DNA of 64,000 nt, taken from positions 149,151-213,150 of the IMG/VR virus record IMGVR_UViG_3300033997_000136; one strand, given 5' to 3'. The notes beneath the pieces were generated by a model. It worked only from the letters and a program-made list of their open reading frames with translations. It searched no databases and was not told where the DNA came from. This document shows, in pieces, positions 30,636-40,219 of the stretch (position 1 is its first letter; each line of letters begins with the position of its first letter). A program made the position numbers and the translations under genes.

Positions 30636-30641
30636 GCATAC

Positions 30642-30667
30642 AAGAGAGTGGGTTAACCCACTCTCTT
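30642..30667 (+). terminator. intrinsic terminator
   Basis: Palindrome aagagagtgggttaacccactctctt plus T tract. Confidence 0.8.
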
Positions 30668-30704
30668 TTTATTTCTTTTTAATTAAAAATAAGAGAATAC
30701 AACT

Positions 30705-31265
30705 ATGTTGAAATTACTTCCCACTATTAAAGCTGTACACGCAAACATTCCATTAGTTTTAACCATTCGTGATAGTCTGTGTTCACCTGTCAAAGAGTGT
30801 ATCCTTCTACAGGACAACGAGTTGTTACCAGGCGATAAGCTTGTAAACGATGGCGTATTGACTGGGATAGAAACGAAGTTATCTAAACAATTAAAATCAG
30901 GTGTTGTTTCTATTCATCGGTTCTTTATTGATAAAGAACATGTAAGTGCTTCTACGGTTGGTGTCTTAATCATTGACCCTAAAGCGCACCTTGAATCTAC
31001 ACTGAATCGTTTTGAACATGCTGCACCCGATAAAACGTATGCGGATGTCATGACGTATGAAGAGTTTATGTACAGCACTGGTTTAAAAGATACGGTGGAT
31101 GATGTTCGTATCTACACCATGATTTGTGCCTACCGTCTCTTCGCAAAAGAGATGTTACGTTCAAACCACTGCAATCAACCTGTTTTAAATAACCGCCGTT
31201 CGTTTATGAAACTGATAGCACCAAAACAACAACGTCGTACGTCACGTGCTATTACTGCGTCTTAA
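30705..31265 (+). CDS. hypothetical protein, paralog of 31299..31718
   Basis: ORF; shared motifs with next gene. Confidence 0.7.
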   Translation: MLKLLPTIKAVHANIPLVLTIRDSLCSPVKECILLQDNELLPGDKLVNDGVLTGIETKLSKQLKSGVVSIHRFFIDKEHVSASTVGVLIIDPKAHLESTLNRFEHAAPDKTYADVMTYEEFMYSTGLKDTVDDVRIYTMICAYRLFAKEMLRSNHCNQPVLNNRRSFMKLIAPKQQRRTSRAITAS

Positions 31266-31298
31266 TTATCAACCACTAAAATAAGAAAGGATTCCACA

Positions 31299-31718
31299 AT
31301 GGAATTAACCCCACATGTTAAAGCTGCAAACCGTCCTGTATTCATCACTGTACGTGCGAGTGTATTTGGTGAAGTAGAACAGATGTTCTTTGTAAAGCAT
31401 TCGGATGGTGACGTTAAGCACGATGTCACGAGCGATGATTTACTTCAGATTGCTGGGCGTGTTAAACAAAAAGTTAAATCTGGTCTTGTGACCATTAACA
31501 AAGTGCTGAGTCGATTTGAAGAGAAAGAACCACATGTTGTTGCGCTTGGAATGCTTATCTGTGATAAACAAGCGGATGCGCATTCAAATGCTCGTTTAAC
31601 GTTGTCGGGTGACCAACCCATAGAACCTATTGCATTGTATCTTAAAGATACGAAGTTAGCAGGTTCGTCGTACGAAGCATCATTACATCAATTAGTTGAA
31701 AAATTAAAAACGGAATAA
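31299..31718 (+). CDS. hypothetical protein, paralog of 30705..31265
   Basis: ORF with AAGGA RBS. Confidence 0.7.
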   Translation: MELTPHVKAANRPVFITVRASVFGEVEQMFFVKHSDGDVKHDVTSDDLLQIAGRVKQKVKSGLVTINKVLSRFEEKEPHVVALGMLICDKQADAHSNARLTLSGDQPIEPIALYLKDTKLAGSSYEASLHQLVEKLKTE

Positions 31719-31723
31719 GTGGA

Positions 31724-31751
31724 TAGGGAAGAGCACATGTGCTCTTCCCTA
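31724..31751. terminator. bidirectional terminator (perfect 28-bp palindrome)
   Basis: tagggaagagcacatgtgctcttcccta between convergent genes. Confidence 0.85.
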
Positions 31752-32012
31752 CACTACCCGATGATGGAACGATGTGTACTGTTCTTTTGAAAAGGCAATC
31801 GTTTGATTTGAATGCGTTACTAATATCGCACCGTCTTTTTCAAGGTAGTCACCAAGTGGTGAGTCTATCTCAAATTCGAAAGGTTCTACGTGTGGTTCTT
31901 TTGGATAAACAGTAATTGTTTCTCCATCTCGAATAACATCTTCGATTTCAACAACACGAAAGATACCTTGTAAACTTTTGAAGGGTAGTGATGTATCCGT
32001 TAACGTACTCAT
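31749..32012 (-). CDS. hypothetical protein
   Basis: ORF with AAGGAG RBS; exact start 32012-32021 uncertain. Confidence 0.65.
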   Translation of the reverse strand: MSTLTDTSLPFKSLQGIFRVVEIEDVIRDGETITVYPKEPHVEPFEFEIDSPLGDYLEKDGAILVTHSNQTIAFSKEQYTSFHHRVV

Positions 32013-32067
32013 AATCATCACTCCTTAGAGAATCAATATAACTCCCATATGAATGAACATTATTAGG

Positions 32068-32079
32068 GACACACATTAT
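32068..32079 (+). promoter_or_regulatory. early promoter-like box gacaCACATTAT
   Basis: Same motif as upstream of phuZ; no ORF follows before a terminator. Confidence 0.5.
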
Positions 32080-32084
32080 TAATG

Positions 32085-32178
32085 GGATAAACCAGTTTAC
32101 TACGTGGGACGCTCATCCTTAACGATGAGTTTTTAAGGGGTGTTGTGTTTATTGCGGAATGCAACACCCCTTCTTTTT
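32085..32178 (+). ncRNA. candidate ~90-nt early small RNA
   Basis: Promoter box, ctcatc/gatgag hairpin, then terminator aaggggtgttg...caacacccctt-cttttt; only ORF is ATG-GGA-TAA. Confidence 0.35.
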
Positions 32179-32389
32179 AAGCCTACGTGCTATTCTAACG
32201 CATCATCTATGCCTTATGCATAGAACCACTTTACTTAAATCGTCAGTGTCTTAAAATCGATTACAGGACGTTTTACGTAACTCGTCATGTTGTGTATTCA
32301 GTAAATAAAAAAATACTGGGATATAACCTGATATGAACACTGGTCGTGTTGACCAATTTTACCCACACTAAAGAGAAAAGGAAAAGACA

Positions 32390-32848
32390 ATGAGTCTGGA
32401 AAAAGTCACCCCGGAAATTTTAGCCTTATCAAGAGCGTTTGTTGAAAGCAAAAAACTGAACGGTGCCACCGTAGAGTTTACTTTACCTGAATCAGTGGAC
32501 CAGGCTGAAGTGTTAAAAGCAATTGACCTTATCGGCGATTTATCCTGTGCATTCACTCACGCTACCGGCGAAGTCGCACACGAAGCCTCTTTGAAAGACA
32601 AATCTATCAAAGAAGTATCTGCTGAGCTGGATTTAGGTAAACGCAAAGGCAAACCATGTATCACGCTCAAAGCCAGCTGGGAACGTGAAGTACAGGTGCC
32701 AGCAGATGCCACTGGTTCTGGTGAAAAGAAAACTGTGTATGGTCGTCTGACTCCGGCTATCACAACAACCTTCACCAAAAACAAAGGTATGATGGGCGAT
32801 ATCCGCAGCCACTGGGCTACTCTGGGTGCTGAAGCATTCGGTAAGTAA
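32390..32848 (+). CDS. hypothetical protein, probably highly expressed
   Basis: AAGGA RBS, codon style like chimallin and tube genes, own terminator. Confidence 0.75.
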   Translation: MSLEKVTPEILALSRAFVESKKLNGATVEFTLPESVDQAEVLKAIDLIGDLSCAFTHATGEVAHEASLKDKSIKEVSAELDLGKRKGKPCITLKASWEREVQVPADATGSGEKKTVYGRLTPAITTTFTKNKGMMGDIRSHWATLGAEAFGK

Positions 32849-32889
32849 TACACACTTAACGTATTCGCAACGTTATGTAGGACACAAAG

Positions 32890-32915
32890 GTAAGTAGGGG
32901 TTCGCCTCTACTTAC
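32890..32915 (+). terminator. intrinsic terminator
   Basis: gtaagtagggg-ttcg-cctctacttac plus long T tract. Confidence 0.8.
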
Positions 32916-32968
32916 TCTTTCCTTTTTATTTTTTGTTTATTTTTTGTTGAAGTTAACAGGAGTGTGTT

Positions 32969-33316
32969 ATGAAAAAGAATGCAATCACCATAGAAGTGAA
33001 AGGTGCAACTGGAAGTGGTAAGACAGAAGTGTGTGAACTCATACACAATGCGCTGACTGCGTACTACGGTAAGAACGTGGAGGTAGTGGCACCACAACTG
33101 GACTTAGACCGTAAAGCATCACATCTAGGTATCTTAGATGATGCGAAGTACACAGGTCAATCTTGTTTAATGATGGATAGTACCATCACATTAGTTGAGA
33201 CTGTTGTAGAGCAGCAAGAAGGTCTTAAACCACTTATGGTGATGGATTGGCACCTAGGTGACGGTGTTCAATTGGACAAAACTGATAGCTCACCTACAGG
33301 TCTTACCTTTAGTTAA
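32969..33316 (+). CDS. small P-loop protein
   Basis: ITIEVKGATGSGKT Walker A; AGGAG RBS. Confidence 0.65.
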   Translation: MKKNAITIEVKGATGSGKTEVCELIHNALTAYYGKNVEVVAPQLDLDRKASHLGILDDAKYTGQSCLMMDSTITLVETVVEQQEGLKPLMVMDWHLGDGVQLDKTDSSPTGLTFS

Positions 33317-33337
33317 AATTCAAAGACGGAATAAAGT

Positions 33338-33365
33338 AGGAGGGAGGGCAATTGCCCTCCCTCCT
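33338..33365. terminator. bidirectional terminator (perfect palindrome)
   Basis: aggagggagggcaattgccctccctcct. Confidence 0.8.
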
Positions 33366-33368
33366 CTC

Positions 33369-33550
33369 TATGTGGGTTGCATATCGTACGCCAGTTAATG
33401 AGCGCGCCATCAGCACACGGCAGCCATCAACAGGGAGAACGCTGTGTCACACACAGCCATCAGCACCAGCACGCCATACGGCAACGAATGTGTTTAGTAT
33501 CAAGTCAAAAAGTCAGCAAAATCCTTGACACAAACTGCACCACCCACATA
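33369..33550 (-). ncRNA. candidate ~185-nt structured non-coding RNA
   Basis: Ends complementary (tatgtgggt / acccacata), internal hairpins with minus-strand G-U pairs, repeated UGAUGGC motif, bounded by two terminators, no credible ORF. Confidence 0.5.
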
Positions 33551-33567
33551 CCATATACGGAATAAGA

Positions 33568-33595
33568 AGTAGAGAGGGCACGTGCCCTCTCTACT
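33568..33595. terminator. terminator after tail tube gene (perfect palindrome)
   Basis: agtagagagggcacgtgccctctctact. Confidence 0.85.
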
Positions 33596-33604
33596 CTTAC
33601 GCTA

Positions 33605-34462
33605 TTAACGACCTGACACAGCCGCAGCGATATCTTCAAGGTAACCTTTAGATACAGCTTTGATGCTGGAATCCACAGTATCAACCACAGCTTTACGCTG
33701 CATTGGGCCTGCGTTGGTATAGTTAATTTTGCTCAAGAAATCCTGAGCAACCGCTTTGATACCATCATCGCGAATTGGTGTACACGCAAACTCAATGGAG
33801 ATTTCCGGTACTGGCTGACCAGTAGTCGGGTCCATTTGGTATTCCAACTCACCAGAGGTAAGTGGCCACTCGTTTACACATAACCAGGCATCCAGTGCGA
33901 ATTGCTTCGTTGGGTCCGGCTCAATGTAAAGCGTAGTGAATGCGTAGAAGTCAATCAGACGATCAGTAGGTAACGTACCACCTAACGAGAACACACCCGG
34001 TTGACGAGTAATAGGTTCGTTAATCAGCAAGCGCTTGTAACGTTCCCAGAAGTTCGAAATACCTTTGTTGTAGTTTACATCCCACACGTGTGTAGGTGTA
34101 GACATCGCTTCGGTTGATTTACCCGCTTCACGAATCTGGTGACCACCACCACCCACAGCACGGTCAGACGCTTCGGTAGTGATACCTGAACGCAAACCGG
34201 TGATTTGTTTAGATTGCACTTCAATCAGAGATTTTAATGCAGCCGTCCACTTTTCACGCTGTGGTAAGAATGTGAAACCGCGTGGTGGTAACACCAGTAA
34301 CGGAATCAAATCCTGAGGCATGTAACCAGTCGAGTTGGTTAACTGTCCAAAATTTGGATGGTAGCCATTTTGACCACCAACCGTTAAATCTAACATAGGT
34401 GCAGCGTTACCTGCAGCATATGCTTGATTATTGAGAAACGCTGCTTTAGCGAGAGATGCCAT
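33605..34462 (-). CDS. tail tube protein (phiKZ gp30-like)
   Basis: 285 aa directly downstream of sheath; GGQNGY, LYIEPDP, AWLCVNEWP motifs. Confidence 0.8.
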   Translation of the reverse strand: MASLAKAAFLNNQAYAAGNAAPMLDLTVGGQNGYHPNFGQLTNSTGYMPQDLIPLLVLPPRGFTFLPQREKWTAALKSLIEVQSKQITGLRSGITTEASDRAVGGGGHQIREAGKSTEAMSTPTHVWDVNYNKGISNFWERYKRLLINEPITRQPGVFSLGGTLPTDRLIDFYAFTTLYIEPDPTKQFALDAWLCVNEWPLTSGELEYQMDPTTGQPVPEISIEFACTPIRDDGIKAVAQDFLSKINYTNAGPMQRKAVVDTVDSSIKAVSKGYLEDIAAAVSGR

Positions 34463-34475
34463 AATTCATTACTCC

Positions 34476-36539
34476 TTATGCAGCGGCTGCTAATTGAGCA
34501 CGGTCACGTGCGATGATGGTGTAGCTACCCACATAGCGACGGTCGTTCGTGTAAACAACGATGTCTGCGCTGTAAGCATAACCTAATGCCACATCTTCAT
34601 CGGTGAAATAAGTATTCACCTCGATGATATAACGATCATCAAAACGAGCACCATCGCGGATATCAGTTAAGATATCGTTGTTAGATTTCGTGATGAACTC
34701 TTCAGGCGTCATCCGGCTGTGACCGCCAGACATGCGTCGCCAGTTACGCTCAGCAACCTTTTCCATCTCGGTAAAGACGAATACGTTTACTAAGTCGTTT
34801 AATGAAGAACGTTTATCTTCGTACACGGACTGGAATGCCGGAATAAACAAACGTTTGTTGTGGTCAAAGGTTTGCACGCCGATAAGACCTAAGTCCCAAT
34901 CGCTATTCGCTGCAGTTTCACGTTTGTACGTCAGGTTTACGTTCTTGAATAAACTGATGACGTTGCCCGGAGATTCGTCGAAACGATTCGCATCGTCCCA
35001 CTCACCTGTGCCAGCACCCATATACTTACTAAACATGTCAGCAAGTTCGATAGTCAGCGGCAGTAAACCAGGATAACTTTCATCCGTTAACCAACCTGAG
35101 TGACCCATGATAGCGATACGACATGCTGGAGTACCGAATAATTCAGACTCAACAAAGTTACGAGCATATGCACGTAAAGCAGCTAAAGCAGACGCTTCGG
35201 CTTCTAAGTCATTCTGAGGTGCATCGACATCCTGTGTACACACAATTGCCATCACATCTTTACGAACACCTACAGGACGCATCAACGCGTACTTAGTATC
35301 CATTGGGAAACCAGTGTCGTAATAAATGCTAAGTGGAAGTGCAGCACTATCCAAATAGTTAAACGGCGATTCGGTGTAGTTGCTTAAATGGAACTTCACA
35401 GATTCAGCAAACGCTGCGTTTGACAGAGTACCGTCGCCACCGCCTACACAGTAGTGGTTTGAGTATTGAGTCAGACTGATACCGTCATTACCTAAATCAG
35501 CTAACACGATTGCGTTGTATGGAACATCGTCAATGTCGCGTGCAGATAAGAAGTTAATCAGGTACTTACCTTCTTCTGTATCTTCAGGCCAATCTAAGTG
35601 GAACGACTTTTCAGCGTCGTACAGTAAACCAACCAGCTCGTCAATAAACTCCGAATAGAAGTGAATATCTGAGAAGTTGCCTGATGTTTCTGGACGCACG
35701 TTTGGATTTTTGTATGCTTTCTGAACAACGTCAGGTGCATACAGTTTTTGTTTGGTGCGGCTGACTACTGAACCTGGTTTAAAGGTAAAGTCAACATACT
35801 CACCGCCACGCGCTGTTAACACTTCACTTGGTTGTGAACGATTGTCGGCACGTTTGATTTGCTGTATGCGGAAAATAAAGGCAGCATTTTCAGCCACGGC
35901 TTCTGTGTTAACACCATAGCTGTTACCAACCGGTGCCCACATACGGTAACCTTTGTTGTTACCATGTTCGCCGAAACTTGCAACTTTAGAATCGCAGATT
36001 GGGTAAAGTACAGACTGTGCACCACCAGTTGTTGTTTGTGTACCTACTAACTTCGTTGCCTCAGCAAAGTTGGTTGCAGGTAATTTCACGAACTTAATCC
36101 GGTAGCCAGGTACAGTATCACCCGTTGGTTGTGGTAAACCGTTAGCACCTAACACTAAACGACCCGCAGTATCGCGAATATAGGTTGGTACTTGGTCAGC
36201 TAACACATCAGCACAAAGACGCATAGTTGCTGGGTCTGGTGCATCTTCAGGTTGGATACGCTGATAAATCGCAGCGTTACCGTTCCCGTTAACAATGTTA
36301 GCCAAAACAGTTTGGTGATTTGCAAACTTCGAATCTAACTCGAATGTCTTGCTACCATACGCTCTGATTCGTTCATCACCCACCAGTAATTGAGGGTAAA
36401 TATTCCCTTCTTCAGCATAAATGAAAATATGCGGAAGGTGAGTAGGAAGCGAGTCTATCGTGGCTGCAAGTACATCCGGCGTTTGATCCTGCACACCATT
36501 TAAAATAGCGCGCGGTCTTGAGTTTAGGGCGACGGTCAT
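34476..36539 (-). CDS. contractile tail sheath protein (phiKZ gp29-like)
   Basis: 687 aa; PTHLPH, FANHQT, GGGDGT, YYDTGF, ESELFGTPACR; GGAGG RBS. Confidence 0.85.
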   Translation of the reverse strand: MTVALNSRPRAILNGVQDQTPDVLAATIDSLPTHLPHIFIYAEEGNIYPQLLVGDERIRAYGSKTFELDSKFANHQTVLANIVNGNGNAAIYQRIQPEDAPDPATMRLCADVLADQVPTYIRDTAGRLVLGANGLPQPTGDTVPGYRIKFVKLPATNFAEATKLVGTQTTTGGAQSVLYPICDSKVASFGEHGNNKGYRMWAPVGNSYGVNTEAVAENAAFIFRIQQIKRADNRSQPSEVLTARGGEYVDFTFKPGSVVSRTKQKLYAPDVVQKAYKNPNVRPETSGNFSDIHFYSEFIDELVGLLYDAEKSFHLDWPEDTEEGKYLINFLSARDIDDVPYNAIVLADLGNDGISLTQYSNHYCVGGGDGTLSNAAFAESVKFHLSNYTESPFNYLDSAALPLSIYYDTGFPMDTKYALMRPVGVRKDVMAIVCTQDVDAPQNDLEAEASALAALRAYARNFVESELFGTPACRIAIMGHSGWLTDESYPGLLPLTIELADMFSKYMGAGTGEWDDANRFDESPGNVISLFKNVNLTYKRETAANSDWDLGLIGVQTFDHNKRLFIPAFQSVYEDKRSSLNDLVNVFVFTEMEKVAERNWRRMSGGHSRMTPEEFITKSNNDILTDIRDGARFDDRYIIEVNTYFTDEDVALGYAYSADIVVYTNDRRYVGSYTIIARDRAQLAAAA

Positions 36540-36596
36540 GCGACCCTCCTTATCGTATCAAACTCTGGTGGATGTTATGAGTGATGTATAAGACAT

Positions 36597-36633
36597 CATA
36601 CAATGATGCCTATCTCGTTATAGGACGTGTATG
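36597..36633. promoter_or_regulatory. divergent late-promoter region (TATG on both strands)
   Basis: CATA at 36597-36600 and TATG at 36630-36633 between divergent structural operons; phiKZ late promoters use TATG; the motif is short, so evidence is weak. Confidence 0.35.
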
Positions 36634-36666
36634 TAATAAAAGATTTAACCCGTTGGAGAATTCAAT

Positions 36667-37623
36667 ATGTTTCGTTCACCCTATGCGACAACCGCATGTA
36701 AAAATCACGTAATGACCGCTATCGAGAAATCGGTGCGTGATGCAACTAAAATATCCGACGGCGTTCGTTACTTAACGATGAGTGACAATCCCCACCACAT
36801 TTCTAAAGTGGATTGGATTTCTCGGGTGTATTGTGTTGATGCGAATAACAAAACAATTAGTTTTTTTGCGCATCCGCTTGTCATCCAAATGGATGGCAGT
36901 TCCTCAGATGATGTGCACATTGTATTCGATGCTCGTCCAACAACTCGTTTAGATACGGTTGAAAACAAACTTATTCCAACACCAACGTTTCATTTCCAAA
37001 AACTTCGTGCTGACATCATGGATAAGTTGTGGTTGCGTGGAACGCCATCTGATTTAATGGCCTGTGGTTCATTTCCACATGAAGTGTTTGTTTATTTAAT
37101 CACAAACACATTAAAGACTCGTTTAAATTTAGATGAGAACATTGCAGGGCGCATCAGTTGCTTAACTGCGTACTACTACATGTGTTTGTTTGAAGAAGAC
37201 ATTGTCGATGATAAAGAAACCTTTATTAAGGCAATGACAAAAGTATCTCGTATTGCACGGATGCCACTGCCCGATGTTTTAAACATCATGGGTGAAGAAG
37301 ATGGTGACCGTATTCGTCCAATGATGAATATCACTGAGTTCTGTGAAGCATTATCTACCTACGGACAATCTGCTCGTTTAGAGCGTATGAATGTAGGGAT
37401 GTTGTTTAGCATGTTAGGTGGTGTATGGATTCGTCCTAACGCAACAGAAACTGTATGTGTTGCACTTGAACATCCACCAACATGGTGCGCTATGGTTGCA
37501 TCTGCTATTGATGATCGTAGTTTAAGTAAAACGACATTAGGTGATGTGTGCAAGATGCGTGAGCGCATTAGTCGTAACAGCAGTGATTTTGTTGTTGCTT
37601 TAAAACGAGCTGTACAAAACTAA
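36667..37623 (+). CDS. virion structural protein (phiKZ gp28-like)
   Basis: MFRSPYATT start, ALEHPPTW motif; synteny between sheath and terminase. Confidence 0.7.
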   Translation: MFRSPYATTACKNHVMTAIEKSVRDATKISDGVRYLTMSDNPHHISKVDWISRVYCVDANNKTISFFAHPLVIQMDGSSSDDVHIVFDARPTTRLDTVENKLIPTPTFHFQKLRADIMDKLWLRGTPSDLMACGSFPHEVFVYLITNTLKTRLNLDENIAGRISCLTAYYYMCLFEEDIVDDKETFIKAMTKVSRIARMPLPDVLNIMGEEDGDRIRPMMNITEFCEALSTYGQSARLERMNVGMLFSMLGGVWIRPNATETVCVALEHPPTWCAMVASAIDDRSLSKTTLGDVCKMRERISRNSSDFVVALKRAVQN

Positions 37624-37636
37624 GTAGGGGGGTCTC

Positions 37637-40210
37637 ATGATTCCATACCTCATGGACCACGCCATTAATAATGTATGGTGTGCTCCACAACAAGATAAAC
37701 AAGCGCTAATTAAGTTAGCGCGTTTATCAGGACGAGACGGTGTGAAGAAATACATGGATGTCATGTTTCGTCGGGTTTACATGCCAGACAACACACATCG
37801 CTTTCATGTATTTCAGATGGGTGGTTGGTATCCCGCAACACTTGGTATTAAACACTTACCAAATCAATGGGTGAGTCTGGCATCACTTATCCACCAAAGC
37901 ACACTGATTGCAGGGGTGTATAAAGACAATGGAAAGTTCTTTGCATTGGGTAGCACCTTTTTGCAGTTTACATCCAATGGAAATATCATTGTTGCGCTAA
38001 GACAAGACGTCTATGGAACTGGATACAACGACCCTGAAATATACTTCCGTGCTTACTCAAACATTTACTATTCGTCTGACCGTTACGTAGGTCCTGCGAA
38101 TCCTGTTCAGTGTGAAAGTATAAAAAGCACAGGGTTAGTCAGTGTTGTTGACTTCCAACGAAAACTGGCTGACATTCAGTTACTTCCAGGTCATGTGTTC
38201 ATTTATGTAAATGGTACGCTCACCAATCGGATTACACCAACTCAGGTTCGTGAAGGTGATTTGTTGGAATATGTGTACGACCCAAGTATTGCACTGACGT
38301 ATGATTTCAAAGTCGGTGAATTAAAGTCGTTTACAAGTACCGTAGATGTCATGGAAAAGTTCTTACTTCATTTTAAAGGAGTTGAGCTTGACTCTATTTA
38401 TTTTGAAGATGACATTGATGTTTATGTTGTTAACAAAAGTGGACAATGGATAGATGGTGTGTACTATCATCGACATTTACCGTCTGGACTTCGGATGGTA
38501 ACGCATCGTGATTATTCACTGTCTGCACAAAGTTTGCTTGAGTTAATCAATGAACATGAAAGTACATTCCCTGTAGCGGATGATGCTTTTGTTCGCATTC
38601 ATCTTCGTTATAGTGGATTTGAACGTAATCTGATTCTTGAAGCAAATCGTTTGTTTGAGCTGTACAAGTTATCTGATGACGATGTTGAAATGGCGTTGTT
38701 AGGGATTAACGCTACTGTACCTGAGTGGAGTGCTGAGAAGTTAGAATACTCACCTTACACTCAAATCATGGGATGGCGAGCACCGTTGTTAGACGGTACG
38801 TTAGTACAAACCATGTATGGGTACAATGCCATGAGTCGTTTGTTTGGAGACAGTCCTTTAAAACCAACGATTGTAGATGGGTTAAAAACAGTTATTTTAC
38901 CTATCGCACTTCGCGGTGATGTCACTGTGTATGAATACGATGCACAAGGTAAGTTACTAGGGTGGCGTTACACAACGGAACCTTATCGCTATTTGTGTGA
39001 ATACCAAACTACAGAGTTAGTGGAGTTAATCGGGGGTCGTGGAACTGATACGTTAAGTATCATTTATGATTCAGATGAACTACCTATTGACAAACGGTTT
39101 AATTACCGAGCGTACATGTGTACTCGCGCATCAGACGGTCCAGTGTTTAACTGGCAAGACATCACCAATACGCCGTTGTATGCGATTGCCAACAACACGT
39201 TATATTGGTTGTTAAATAAAGAACGTTATTACACAGCGCTTGCTAGTGATGAATGTTTTTTAGCAGACACCTATGTATTACCTCCGAATAATGGTGTGCT
39301 TCGTTTAACGATTTCGGTGAATGAAAACCATGGAGGTGATAACTTATTCTACGCATCATCGATTCCACCTCGTCGTTTGGATGTGTGGTTGAATAAGTCG
39401 CCGTTGATTGAGAATATTGATTTTCAAGTCAAATGGCCTCAGGTTGTTATTTTTAACACGGCGTTTTTAAACACGACTGAAAATAACGTGATAGATATTC
39501 GCGGAGTGAATTTCTGTAACGAACAAATGCAGTTAGAAACTCAACGTGAAGTGGGGTTTGTCCGTCATGGTTTTATTAGCCAAGACCATCGTTTTGATAT
39601 TCGTGATGATAAGGTACTGAGCTTTGTGCTGAATGGTTCTTTAAAATCACGTGATGTCATTCCTGTTGCAGAACAAGAAGGTGATGTCGGTGCACGACCT
39701 GAATGGAATGGATTGCCATATAGTGTTCGTGAAACTGTAGTTCCTCTGCGTGGTGAAACGTATTTAGATACGTATCGATTGCGACAACTTAGTATTGAAA
39801 CAGATGAACGTGTGTCTGATTACATGACTGAGTATTATCCACAACGTGTGTTTGAAAATCCGAATATCATCCAGAATCGTCTTCGTGTCTATAGTCCATT
39901 TGTAAGTGCATTGATTTATGCACTGCAGAACGACAACATCGTTCTTCCAGAAATGAAGACGAATCGTTACGGGACGATGGATATTAAAGCAGCTTTACGT
40001 GAATACGAATATCTGCTTGATTTTGAACCTACTAAAATACCTCACATGACAGAACAGTTGGTCGATGTGTTACCGCACTTCTACTTAACTACAGTGACAC
40101 TCAATGTGTATCACTTTAACTTCTTACGTCGTGCATGTGAAGTTTATTTAAGTCCCCGTATCACGAATCACTTAGGTCGATTCATTGCGGTGATAAACCC
40201 AACTGATTAA
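37637..40210 (+). CDS. virion structural protein, probably baseplate (phiKZ gp27-like)
   Basis: NVWCAPQQD, RMVTHRDYS, GYNAMS, IRDDK; synteny. Confidence 0.7.
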   Translation: MIPYLMDHAINNVWCAPQQDKQALIKLARLSGRDGVKKYMDVMFRRVYMPDNTHRFHVFQMGGWYPATLGIKHLPNQWVSLASLIHQSTLIAGVYKDNGKFFALGSTFLQFTSNGNIIVALRQDVYGTGYNDPEIYFRAYSNIYYSSDRYVGPANPVQCESIKSTGLVSVVDFQRKLADIQLLPGHVFIYVNGTLTNRITPTQVREGDLLEYVYDPSIALTYDFKVGELKSFTSTVDVMEKFLLHFKGVELDSIYFEDDIDVYVVNKSGQWIDGVYYHRHLPSGLRMVTHRDYSLSAQSLLELINEHESTFPVADDAFVRIHLRYSGFERNLILEANRLFELYKLSDDDVEMALLGINATVPEWSAEKLEYSPYTQIMGWRAPLLDGTLVQTMYGYNAMSRLFGDSPLKPTIVDGLKTVILPIALRGDVTVYEYDAQGKLLGWRYTTEPYRYLCEYQTTELVELIGGRGTDTLSIIYDSDELPIDKRFNYRAYMCTRASDGPVFNWQDITNTPLYAIANNTLYWLLNKERYYTALASDECFLADTYVLPPNNGVLRLTISVNENHGGDNLFYASSIPPRRLDVWLNKSPLIENIDFQVKWPQVVIFNTAFLNTTENNVIDIRGVNFCNEQMQLETQREVGFVRHGFISQDHRFDIRDDKVLSFVLNGSLKSRDVIPVAEQEGDVGARPEWNGLPYSVRETVVPLRGETYLDTYRLRQLSIETDERVSDYMTEYYPQRVFENPNIIQNRLRVYSPFVSALIYALQNDNIVLPEMKTNRYGTMDIKAALREYEYLLDFEPTKIPHMTEQLVDVLPHFYLTTVTLNVYHFNFLRRACEVYLSPRITNHLGRFIAVINPTD

Positions 40211-40219
40211 GGATTAGTT

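Noticed and set aside
33405-33482. gccatcagcac repeats as a mini-CRISPR array
   Set aside because: Repeats are only 7-11 nt with irregular short spacing and no cas genes
33377-33565. 62-aa His/Gln-rich plus-strand ORF
   Set aside because: TTG start, no RBS, directly after a terminator, odd composition; better explained as the antisense of a structured RNA
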